A stretch of 64,000 nt of DNA from Candidatus Poribacteria bacterium (lineage in GTDB: Bacteria > Poribacteria > WGA-4E > WGA-3G): positions 288,001 to 352,000 of the forward strand of contig CBDANF010000003.1 in assembly GCA_965197475.1 (NCBI GenBank). Reading direction: 5' to 3'. The notes under the pieces were generated by a model. The model was given only the letters and a program-made list of their open reading frames with translations. It made no database searches and was not told the DNA's origin. Shown here in pieces: positions 32,052-40,964 of the stretch. How positions within the stretch are numbered: the stretch's first letter is position 1; every line of letters starts with the position of its first letter. The translations under genes were made by a program, and so were the position numbers.

Positions 32052-32798
32052 ATGCGTAAACAATTAGAGATAATTCTTACCGCTCTGTTTCCTATAATGG
32101 TTTTGGCAATAGGTTATTTTGTTGTTTCTTCAAAAGTTCAAGTGCAGGCTAATCAGACAACATTCTATCCCGCAGAAGCAGGTCCTTATTATGATGATCC
32201 TGGTGTAGACGGAACGTATTTCGGCGTTGAAATTAATTCTGACGACTTGTGCGATGTGCAAAATGGCTTTAACATTGCAAGTACAACGGAAGCTGCCAGT
32301 ATCCGTCGTATCCGTGCCGCAAATGGCAATCTTGGAATTCGTTGGAGTCGAACACAGGATTGGCGTTTTGGTGATGTTACGCCTTGGGGTGGTGACTCTG
32401 CCTACATAATTTATACTGATGATATGGGATGGGGTGAGGTATACGACCCTGAGAAAACAGGCATAACTGGTTTTCCTTGGGAAGGAAGCGAAAGCCATGA
32501 TCGATATGTCTATGAAGGTAAACAATATATATTTACTTTTGCCGTAGTAACAGGATATGAGCGTTTAACACATAATAATATAAAGTATGTCTGTCCAAGG
32601 TACTATAAATCTGTTTATAATATTATATATTCTTGTAGTGCTAAAGCGACCCATTGGGCCGATGGCACATTTAGGGAAGTTCGCAAACACCAATTTGGTC
32701 CTATAGAACTTCGTATTCCTGGAGACAGTAGTTCAGCGGCTCGACTTGTAGACGAAGATGGCTTTCGTGAATGGTTCCCTTGCATAGAGTTAGACTAA
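32052..32798 (+). CDS. Secreted Cys/Trp-rich protein, paralog family B (copy 1)
   Basis: GGAGG RBS; signal MRKQLEIILTALFP...; motifs EAGPYY..PG..G.YFG.EI, W...Q.W.F...TPWGG, TGFPW.G, CP.YY and C-terminal W..C. Confidence 0.85.
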   Translation: MRKQLEIILTALFPIMVLAIGYFVVSSKVQVQANQTTFYPAEAGPYYDDPGVDGTYFGVEINSDDLCDVQNGFNIASTTEAASIRRIRAANGNLGIRWSRTQDWRFGDVTPWGGDSAYIIYTDDMGWGEVYDPEKTGITGFPWEGSESHDRYVYEGKQYIFTFAVVTGYERLTHNNIKYVCPRYYKSVYNIIYSCSAKATHWADGTFREVRKHQFGPIELRIPGDSSSAARLVDEDGFREWFPCIELD

Positions 32799-33067
32799 TG
32801 CATCTCAAAGTCATCAGATTCCGATGTTTATCAGTGTTTACTTGTTATTTGTTCCTGAAAATACTCGTTGAGAGTAGATAAGATGTGTCTTTGTCCAGAT
32901 ATTTCAAGTCGTATTTGATGAATTATTTTACGTATCAAACGACTTGGATGTTGTATCAAGAGATAAATTAATAGTTTATGCCTAAGTTTGCAGAGACACC
33001 ATGTCGTTTCTCCAAACTTATTGATGATAACTTCAAAATTGTGCAAATTATCACGGAGGATAAAAAA

Positions 33068-33769
33068 ATGCGTAAACAATTAGAGATAATTCTTACCGCT
33101 CTGTTTCCTGTAATGGTTTTGGCAGTAGGTTTTTTTGTCGTTTCTTCAAAAGCAGAATTGCGTAATAATGAAACAGCCATTCCTGAAGAGGCAGGTCCTT
33201 TTTATAGATACCCTGGTGTAGATGGAGAATATTTCGGAGCTGAAATTTATTTTAACGTTATGTGCGATGTTTTTAATGGCTTTGAAATTGTCTCGGCATT
33301 TGAAAATGCCACTGTCTCTGCTTCGGATATCGCTGGTGCAGTTAGTTGGGATAAAGTGCAGAATTGGAGATTTAACGGAGATACGCCGTGGGGCGGTCAC
33401 TTTGCCATAATTAGTGCTGATATAACTATCAGGTGGTCAGAGATCCGTACAGGGTTTCCTTGGAGTGGACACCAGGGCTCTGTGCGAGTCATTGATGATG
33501 GTGAACAAGTTATATACGACAGTGGCACTGTAATAGGATGGGAGCAGTTTACGGACCCAAATGAGGCAAAACACATCTGTCCTATGTCCTACTTTCACAC
33601 GTTGGATAATAAATTATTTTGTGTAGATAAGAGTTTTGAATTGGGCGAAATGATAATAATAGGAGAAGAAGGATTTGGCGATCCAGTGTTAGTTGATCCT
33701 GAAGAAGGTATATATAGTCGGAAGGTAGTAGATATAGGCAGATGGATCGATTGCAAAAAGTTAAATTAA
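33068..33769 (+). CDS. Secreted Cys/Trp-rich protein, paralog family B (copy 2)
   Basis: Near-identical signal peptide to copy 1 and the same motifs. Confidence 0.85.
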   Translation: MRKQLEIILTALFPVMVLAVGFFVVSSKAELRNNETAIPEEAGPFYRYPGVDGEYFGAEIYFNVMCDVFNGFEIVSAFENATVSASDIAGAVSWDKVQNWRFNGDTPWGGHFAIISADITIRWSEIRTGFPWSGHQGSVRVIDDGEQVIYDSGTVIGWEQFTDPNEAKHICPMSYFHTLDNKLFCVDKSFELGEMIIIGEEGFGDPVLVDPEEGIYSRKVVDIGRWIDCKKLN

Positions 33770-33814
33770 AAATTGGTCATTGCAGTTACTATAAACTGAT
33801 ATATTTACGCGATT

Positions 33815-33918
33815 GCACTCCAGTGGAACTAGTGTTCTGTCCATTCTAATCTTGTAGGTCGGGTTTCGTGCCTCAACCCGACCTACAAGATTAGAATGGA
33901 CAGTCCACTGTAGAGTGT
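33815..33918. repeat. Long palindrome (29-bp perfect arms) with a GTAG core
   Basis: 33837-33865 and 33875-33903 are exact reverse complements; outer cagtgga/tccactg. Confidence 0.8.
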
Positions 33919-33996
33919 GATGCCAATCAATAAGTAGCAACTTGTGTTATTTATTTTACAATGTTAAAAGAAGGTTCTAACAGAGAGGTTATCTTT

Positions 33997-34830
33997 ATGC
34001 AGGTTAAAACTATAAAAGCTCTGTGTTGGTTTCTGTATATCTTCACTTTTGCAGTAGACCGGCGAAAGAGCACTATAAAAATTGTTTTTGGAGTTGTTTT
34101 ATTGAGTGCTTTGACAACTGGTAGTGGTTATACTGGAGTCTGGAAAGATGATTTTGATGACATAGCCCTCAATGGTTGGGAACGTATTGTTGAGAAAAAT
34201 CCTTGGTTGGCAGACTGGGAAGTTTCCCCATTTACTATTGGACGCCTTCTTGCAGTAATACAGAAACCAGAACAGGAGCAGGGAACAGCTGCAGATTTTC
34301 TACACTGGAATGTCCACCAATTTCAACTTGACAAGATAACAGTGGTAGGTGATGAAGTCCGTTACACGCCTGTTCCAAATAATCCGCGTGGTGAACTTTG
34401 CTTATTCCTCGGTAAACGACAACCTTCGCCTGACTTCGCAGAAGGTTATATTTTCAGTCCTGAAAAGACAACAAGAATACAGTTTACCGAAAACGGCGTT
34501 TACAAGAAGGGTGAAGTGAAAGAGGATTATGCTCTAATGTTTCGACTAACTTCTGAGCATTTAAAGGTTGTTTTTGAGGCCGGAAAGTTTCAACTCTGGA
34601 CGCAAGACCTTCTAATTACAGAATTTGTTGACGACGATATTCCCATGATTGATGTTGTTGGTTTAATCAGCGTATGTGAACTTTTAGGGAAATGGTTTGA
34701 TGGGACTATCTCAACCTTTTCAATTTCTGGGCAAGGTATCCCTACCAATAATTCTTTTGATGTGCAGTTGGAAAACACGCAATTGACTACAACTTGGGGG
34801 AAGTTGAAAGATCTTAAGCAAGCTCAATAG
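33997..34830 (+). CDS. Secreted putative lectin/jelly-roll protein with TTWG C-terminal tail (family C)
   Basis: Extended signal; 'VWKDDFDD...GW'; ends 'TQLTTTWGKLK'. Confidence 0.8.
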   Translation: MQVKTIKALCWFLYIFTFAVDRRKSTIKIVFGVVLLSALTTGSGYTGVWKDDFDDIALNGWERIVEKNPWLADWEVSPFTIGRLLAVIQKPEQEQGTAADFLHWNVHQFQLDKITVVGDEVRYTPVPNNPRGELCLFLGKRQPSPDFAEGYIFSPEKTTRIQFTENGVYKKGEVKEDYALMFRLTSEHLKVVFEAGKFQLWTQDLLITEFVDDDIPMIDVVGLISVCELLGKWFDGTISTFSISGQGIPTNNSFDVQLENTQLTTTWGKLKDLKQAQ

Positions 34831-34882
34831 CCGCGTAACAGTTCTTATAGACACATCTTTAATTAATAAGGCAGCATATCTG

Positions 34883-37807
34883 ATGGACTTTGCATACATG
34901 CGGAAGCTCAGTAAACATCGGTTCAAACCTTCTATTTTACTTGTTGTGCTTACTATCATGTTAAGCACTTCGCTTTTTCTTTGTGTTTTTATTCGAACAG
35001 CGAATTATCCCCGTCTAGAAGAAACATATCTACTTGGTACTGACTCCTATCGTTTTCTTCGTCAAGCCGATCTGATTGTTTCTCAAGGACATTTGCCAGA
35101 AGTAGATACGCAACGATGGCAATTAGAAGGGAGAGATTTATCTACCTCGCCCACTCTCTTTTCTTATGTTCTTGCTTACGCTTATTGTCTTCTGCACTGG
35201 ATTTTTGCGGACATCAGTCTCTACAAGGTTGCTGTGTCCGCACCTATTGTGTGCTATTCGCTTTGTCTGTTGGCACTCTACGTTCTATGGAAGCATATTT
35301 TTGATACGCCTATCGCTCTTCTCGCTGTCAATTTTACCGCTATTTTCCCATCCTTAAATCTGCATCGTTCCGCCGCTGGTTTTGTGGACAGAGATGCTTT
35401 CGTCCTATTGTTGTGGTTGGTTATGTTCCTGTTCTACTTGAAGGCAGAATCTGGTATCTCTAAAACAGATTCATCTGCTGACATCACCCAGTCTTCCCCT
35501 CTGGTAAAGGGGATAAAGAGGAGTTCCGTATGTAGCAAATGGTCGATTTTCTTTTCTGCAGCGATATCGGGAATTGTCGGCGGATTGATCGCACTTTCTT
35601 GGGAGGGGGTAGGCCTTGCAATATCTATTCTTTCTATCTGGATCGGTGTCCGTGTGCTGCGGGGAGGTTTTTCTCGTCAAAGTGCGTTGGTTTATGTTAT
35701 CTGGTATCTCTGCTTCACCGTCCTTGTTTTCACATTTACGCGTGCCTATCACAACATCTGGGTTCCTTATGCTTTTTTGACAATTGTCATTCCAACTATT
35801 ACCCTTTTCTGTACCCTCACATTTTTTGGAGAGGAGAATTCAAAAACTACCAAAGCAGAAAAACCCGTTTCATTATGGAAACGTTTGCTGGAATTCTCAA
35901 GGTCCAGCAATATCCATAGATGCCTTTTCGGTTGCGTTATCACTACCTTCCTGTTGGCGGGGTTTGCTCTGTTGCAATCACCTGATATTGGTGAAACATT
36001 TCGTCGACTGTTTGACAATTTTGTCTCACCATTGGGGCAAAGCCGCCTTATGCGGACTGTTTCTGAACTTTTTGACTTAAGCGGAATCAGGTTTCTCAGT
36101 AGGTATTCAGTCATAGCTCTGGCGGCAATGGCAGGTTGTGGGGTCCTAGTTTACAATTTCTTTTCAAAAGAACGCGTTATTTTTCGGTTAACTCTAATTG
36201 GTTTTGAAATCGCGCTTGGTGGAACCCTTCTCTCCCTTTTCCTTACAAATTCGGATGTCTCTTTCAATATTTTTGGTTTTTCTTTTTTGATAAGTGGAAT
36301 TATAATAGGAATAGCATATATCCTTCGAACAGGAGATAATCTTGGAAATAATAAATATCTCTTACTGTTAATATGGATGTTTATTGGACTCGCCAGCAGC
36401 CGTGGTGCTGAACGATACCTCTTTTTTATTGATCCTGTGTTTGCTGTCTTCGTAAGTTTGCTGATTTTTACGGTGCTGCGCAGATGTATGAGGGAGCAAA
36501 TTGAAAATGATTCGTCTGATAAGACTGCAGCAAACGGTTCTGCTATCCAAATAGGGCCTGCAGTAAGAAATGTCCACACAGAATTGTGTGTGATAAGTCT
36601 TATCGTGGCTTCTGAACTATATATCGGATATCGTCTATCTGATGTAGATAGTTTCATAAGGTGGATATTTCTTGGCATGTCAATACCTTGTGGACTCTTC
36701 GGAGTTTTGCTGCTATACAAAATTGCGATGCTAAAAATAACCCACCTCCAAAGGTTTGGCTGCCTCGCGATCGTGTTTATTCTCATTCTTTTCACAAGTT
36801 CAGATGTTTTTTCTGTAGGTGGCGTTTTCAACCCCGCACCCTACCCGCTGCATAAAGGATTTGTCCGCGCAAGTACCGAGGCTGTAAGTAAAACAGCAGT
36901 TCCTCGTTCTCCGAAATTACAGAAGCATTTGGCTAATATAGCGGAGTATACCGATGAAGACGCGGTTATTGCCGCGTGGTGGGATTACGGAAGTAAAGTG
37001 AATTGGTTTACGAAACGTGCAACCGTTGTTGACGAGTACCACTACATTCCTTATTGGATATTTTTGACAGCACGACATGTCTTCAGTGGTATATCTTCTA
37101 CTGAAGCACTTGCATTTTTAAAAACACATAATGTAACGCATCTGTTGATAACGACAAACGAACTCCTTAAACTTGATACCGTTACGTATACAGGGTCCGA
37201 TGAAACTTATGACCGTGGTGCAGCTGTTCATTTTCTCATGCCGGGGCGCAGCCGTGAAGTTACGCCCTCCGTACGGCAAACAGACTTTATTCCACATAGT
37301 TATCGAACTGTGGATATGCTGTCGTTAAATGGAAAGGAATACCCACCCGGCAAATGGCTGCTGCGGGGTGTTTCAATTAGATCGGATGGTGATAGTTGGG
37401 AAGCGAAGGTTCATGGTGTAACCAAAGAAGGTGAGTTTTCTCTGCCGCCAGCAGAATTTCGGGTTGGCACATTACACATCAGTCATGAGAAAAAAGGGGT
37501 TCCCGGTTCTGTGGTTGTTTTTCATAACGAAATAGGTGGAAAATTGCAAGCATTCTATCTATCAGAAGGTGCTGCACGCTTACTTTCAGTACGATTATAT
37601 CTATTTTTGGAAGAGATTCCAGGTTTTTCATTGATATATGATACGAATTCTGAAGCGCGGTGTGATCCTGAAGGGTTCAGGCTCTGGAAAATTGATTATC
37701 CCGAAGCAATCCAACCCGATCCGAAATATCGGCAGCACGATTTTCCAAGCACTAAAAAGAAGTTGAAAAAATCTTGGGAACGTGGTAAGTTTTATAGTGT
37801 TCAGTAG
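34883..37807 (+). CDS. STT3/AglB/PglB-family oligosaccharyltransferase
   Basis: Multi-TM N-terminus; 'GTDSYRFLR', 'GFVDRD', 'TVSE' (TIxE-like), canonical 'AAWWDYG'. Confidence 0.88.
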   Translation: MDFAYMRKLSKHRFKPSILLVVLTIMLSTSLFLCVFIRTANYPRLEETYLLGTDSYRFLRQADLIVSQGHLPEVDTQRWQLEGRDLSTSPTLFSYVLAYAYCLLHWIFADISLYKVAVSAPIVCYSLCLLALYVLWKHIFDTPIALLAVNFTAIFPSLNLHRSAAGFVDRDAFVLLLWLVMFLFYLKAESGISKTDSSADITQSSPLVKGIKRSSVCSKWSIFFSAAISGIVGGLIALSWEGVGLAISILSIWIGVRVLRGGFSRQSALVYVIWYLCFTVLVFTFTRAYHNIWVPYAFLTIVIPTITLFCTLTFFGEENSKTTKAEKPVSLWKRLLEFSRSSNIHRCLFGCVITTFLLAGFALLQSPDIGETFRRLFDNFVSPLGQSRLMRTVSELFDLSGIRFLSRYSVIALAAMAGCGVLVYNFFSKERVIFRLTLIGFEIALGGTLLSLFLTNSDVSFNIFGFSFLISGIIIGIAYILRTGDNLGNNKYLLLLIWMFIGLASSRGAERYLFFIDPVFAVFVSLLIFTVLRRCMREQIENDSSDKTAANGSAIQIGPAVRNVHTELCVISLIVASELYIGYRLSDVDSFIRWIFLGMSIPCGLFGVLLLYKIAMLKITHLQRFGCLAIVFILILFTSSDVFSVGGVFNPAPYPLHKGFVRASTEAVSKTAVPRSPKLQKHLANIAEYTDEDAVIAAWWDYGSKVNWFTKRATVVDEYHYIPYWIFLTARHVFSGISSTEALAFLKTHNVTHLLITTNELLKLDTVTYTGSDETYDRGAAVHFLMPGRSREVTPSVRQTDFIPHSYRTVDMLSLNGKEYPPGKWLLRGVSIRSDGDSWEAKVHGVTKEGEFSLPPAEFRVGTLHISHEKKGVPGSVVVFHNEIGGKLQAFYLSEGAARLLSVRLYLFLEEIPGFSLIYDTNSEARCDPEGFRLWKIDYPEAIQPDPKYRQHDFPSTKKKLKKSWERGKFYSVQ

Positions 37808-37912
37808 CAGTGGATGGATAATCTGTTTCTATAAACGCACATCTAAAAAAATAGAACGCGTCAATATTTCTTGACACAACGATGACATTAGGTAAATTTG
37901 CTTTAATTTTTA

Positions 37913-38104
37913 ACCCAAGTTGCTACCAATTAAAAATTCATCTTAATGTGTTCAATCTTTCGCTCCAGCGGAGCGATATGTTTATAGAAAAAAGTTAGTC
38001 TGTTCTTCCGCTCCAGCGGAGCGGTATGTCCAGTAACTATGAGTAGCACTTTTCTGAATATCCGCACCTATGATGTTTTCCAGGTTATAGGTGGCAACTG
38101 AGGT
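37913..38104. repeat. Palindromic intergenic element with two gctccagcggagc hairpins
   Basis: Outer agttgctacc / ggtggcaact IR; 'cgctccagcggagcg' twice. Confidence 0.55.
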
Positions 38105-38159
38105 AATTTTTAGAAGTTTAGCAACTGCATGCAACAAGGCAAGCAACTGAGGTAATATC

Positions 38160-39257
38160 ATGTCAAAACGTTCCATTATCACAACAATCATCATTCCGGT
38201 TCTGCTGATTTCTGTGCTGGTTATTGTGCTTGTTAATAACCAGCAGGAGTTCCCTGGGGAACTGGTTTTTGCCGAAAACAGAGTCAATTTCGGGACAATC
38301 CCTGAATGGGAGGGGACCGTAACACGTTCAGTGATAGCGAGAAATGAGGGAAGAAGCCCATTGCGAATAGAAAGAATTCGTGCAGGGTGTAGTTATGCAA
38401 AAATTACCGGACCAAGACTGATTCAGCCTAATGAAGAAGGAACGTTCGAAGTTGTGCTTAATCCCAAAATTGTTCCAACTGATGCAAAAGCGGCGACAGC
38501 GATCCTTTTCACAGATAGTCCAAGAACCCCACAAGTTTATCTAACAATTGTTGCTGCATCAAAGCGGTTCGCCACACTGAGTGCTGAAATTTGTGATTTC
38601 GGACAGATAATCCCTGGAACAACACATAAAAAGAAAATAAAACTATGTGTAAACGCACCACTCAATTTAGAGAAAGTCCGACTCATGCCATCAGCGCATC
38701 CAAACCTGACTTGGAAAATGTCTCCAGATCCGAATTCGGAGTGTTTCCTCATCACAATTCAATTGCAGGCACCAAAAATATGGAAACAGGGAGACACAGA
38801 AACCCGACCCTATAATGCTGAAAAACTATTTTCTTCAATACTTACCGTCGCTTTTCCAAATGAGCGAACCTTGGCGTTACCTATTACTGCGAGAATCGTG
38901 CGACCCGTGACGGTGCAACCGAAAACCCTCTCCTATGGAGCAGTGGATAAAGACGCAAACCCATCTGCCGAATTCACACTTTCTGCGAAAAAGGGTTTTA
39001 AGGTACTCAGTATTCAGGTTCCTGACTATTTGCGGGTTGCTGCGCCGGACAATTGGACGCAATCCTTGCACGCCTACAACGCGCACTCACAACAAGAAAA
39101 ACGGTACAAGGTTTTTTGGGAGGTAGCAAATTCACCTGAACTGCTGCGTCAAGAGATCCTGGTCATGACAACAGCAGAAAAGTTACCGATTACTATTCCT
39201 GTCTACGGGTTAATTCGAACCGCAAAAAATGAAACTACCAAACTAACAGAGAGGTAA
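38160..39257 (+). CDS. DUF1573 (Ig-like) membrane-anchored protein
   Basis: N-terminal TM; 'NFGTIP...RNEGRSPLRIERIRAGCSY...IQPNEEGTFEV'; repeated FG/YG Ig-like modules. Confidence 0.8.
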   Translation: MSKRSIITTIIIPVLLISVLVIVLVNNQQEFPGELVFAENRVNFGTIPEWEGTVTRSVIARNEGRSPLRIERIRAGCSYAKITGPRLIQPNEEGTFEVVLNPKIVPTDAKAATAILFTDSPRTPQVYLTIVAASKRFATLSAEICDFGQIIPGTTHKKKIKLCVNAPLNLEKVRLMPSAHPNLTWKMSPDPNSECFLITIQLQAPKIWKQGDTETRPYNAEKLFSSILTVAFPNERTLALPITARIVRPVTVQPKTLSYGAVDKDANPSAEFTLSAKKGFKVLSIQVPDYLRVAAPDNWTQSLHAYNAHSQQEKRYKVFWEVANSPELLRQEILVMTTAEKLPITIPVYGLIRTAKNETTKLTER

Positions 39258-39263
39258 ATTTTC

Positions 39264-40091
39264 ATGAGAATGAAAACTTTAAAATGCATTCACAGATTCT
39301 ATACGTTTTTACCTATTTTTAGTACTATTATTGATAAAAAAAAGATAATGGTAAAAACCCTTTTTTCTTTAGTCCTGTTATGTGTTCTCTTGTGCGGACA
39401 CAGTTACGCTGAGGTATGGAACGACTCGTTTGATGATGAGGAGCTCAAAGGATGGGAGCGAATTTGGCTGCGAAATCGTGGGGATGCCAAATGGGAAGCT
39501 GTTGATGGATTCCTCTTTGCCAATATTCAGGCAAATGATATCCCTCCAAGATGTCATAAGAACACAGTAGCTTTTCTGCACTGGAAAATCGTCCAATTTA
39601 ACTTTGAGCAGTTAACAATAGTAGGGGAAGAAATAACTTATCCACAGGAAGGAGGAGATGGTATGGGGGAACTCTGCTTGTTTATTGGGAAACGTCAAGA
39701 TGATCCTGATTTAGCAGTCCAAGGTTATATCGTTAGTCCCGAAGAGATTAGTAAAGTTACCATTTCAGAGAAGGAATATAGTAGAGGAAAGACGAAAGCG
39801 TGGTATGGGAACATATTCCAAAACACGACACGCAATCTTACAACTGTTTTTGATTCTGGCCATTTCCAAGTCCGGACTGGCGACGAACTGATAACTGAAT
39901 TCATTGATGAGAACTTAAAAACTATTGATATTGTGGGATTGCTCATTACGTGTCACTTCGGAGGAGAGTGGTTTGGCAGCAGGATATCAAGTATCTCGAT
40001 TTCTGATAAAGCAATAATCAAACCTAATCTTGCTGTACAATTACGAGGGACACAACTCACGACAACTTGGGGAGCGTTGAAGCGATTCTAA
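39264..40091 (+). CDS. Secreted putative lectin/jelly-roll protein with TTWG tail (family C)
   Basis: Close paralog of 33997..34830 ('GELCLF.GKRQ'); ends 'TQLTTTWGALKRF'. Confidence 0.8.
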   Translation: MRMKTLKCIHRFYTFLPIFSTIIDKKKIMVKTLFSLVLLCVLLCGHSYAEVWNDSFDDEELKGWERIWLRNRGDAKWEAVDGFLFANIQANDIPPRCHKNTVAFLHWKIVQFNFEQLTIVGEEITYPQEGGDGMGELCLFIGKRQDDPDLAVQGYIVSPEEISKVTISEKEYSRGKTKAWYGNIFQNTTRNLTTVFDSGHFQVRTGDELITEFIDENLKTIDIVGLLITCHFGGEWFGSRISSISISDKAIIKPNLAVQLRGTQLTTTWGALKRF

Positions 40092-40130
40092 TCAAAATCA
40101 AAACGTGTGTTTAAGATAAGGAGTTGTAAC

Positions 40131-40916
40131 ATGAAGCATATCATACGCATCTTAATAGGACTTACGTTATTCTTTGTGTCCGGTATTTTTTGTCCATCCG
40201 CTTTTTCACAAGGTTACCATGATGGTTTTGATGTTTTGAGAGAGAAAAACTGGGAACATTGGGGCAAATATGCTATATGGAAAACCGAAGACGGCATATT
40301 AAAGGGATGGATTAACGCACCCGATTTCGGGGATGTGGGGCCTACAATTGAGCTGCTCCAATTCAAGGATTTCAGTGGTGCTTATGAAAACTATGAGACC
40401 GCTAATGGTCAAGAAGTGATTCAAAGACAGATAAAAAATCCGGGATACGAAACCTTCACAATTATCGTCCAAAACATAGGTGAAAAGCGTGCGGATTTTG
40501 GCATAGCGCTCGGGAAGCGGTTTTCCGAACGCCGTGGAGACAGGCCATTTTTCTATCTGTTTCTAACGCATATATCATATTCTGTACGTTTTGATGTCGG
40601 GGGAGGTGTGGCATTTGGCAAGTCTACTGGACGGGAACCTCTTAACCCTGATACTAACTGGAGGACTCAAGAGTTGGAATCCATGGAACTACATTTCAAT
40701 AAAGGACATATTCAGTGGTTCGCGGATGGTGAAAAACGCGCTGATTTTGAAGACCCTGATTTTTCTTCTGTTGAGATTCTCGGATTTGTCGTAATTGGGA
40801 ATGGAGTTGCTGTTGGACATGCATGGGTAGATTCATTCAAGATTTCTGGTCCAGGGTTATCCGTTTCACCACAAGCAAAGTTAGCAACAACGTGGGGACA
40901 ACTCAAGCAGCGTTAG
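40131..40916 (+). CDS. Secreted putative lectin/jelly-roll protein with TTWG tail (family C)
   Basis: Signal peptide; 'FGIALGKRF'; ends 'WVDSFKISGPGLSVSPQAKLATTWGQLK'. Confidence 0.8.
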   Translation: MKHIIRILIGLTLFFVSGIFCPSAFSQGYHDGFDVLREKNWEHWGKYAIWKTEDGILKGWINAPDFGDVGPTIELLQFKDFSGAYENYETANGQEVIQRQIKNPGYETFTIIVQNIGEKRADFGIALGKRFSERRGDRPFFYLFLTHISYSVRFDVGGGVAFGKSTGREPLNPDTNWRTQELESMELHFNKGHIQWFADGEKRADFEDPDFSSVEILGFVVIGNGVAVGHAWVDSFKISGPGLSVSPQAKLATTWGQLKQR

Positions 40917-40964
40917 TAGTAATACCAAGTTCATGTCCACACTTAGTGAGAAAAAGCAAACCGT

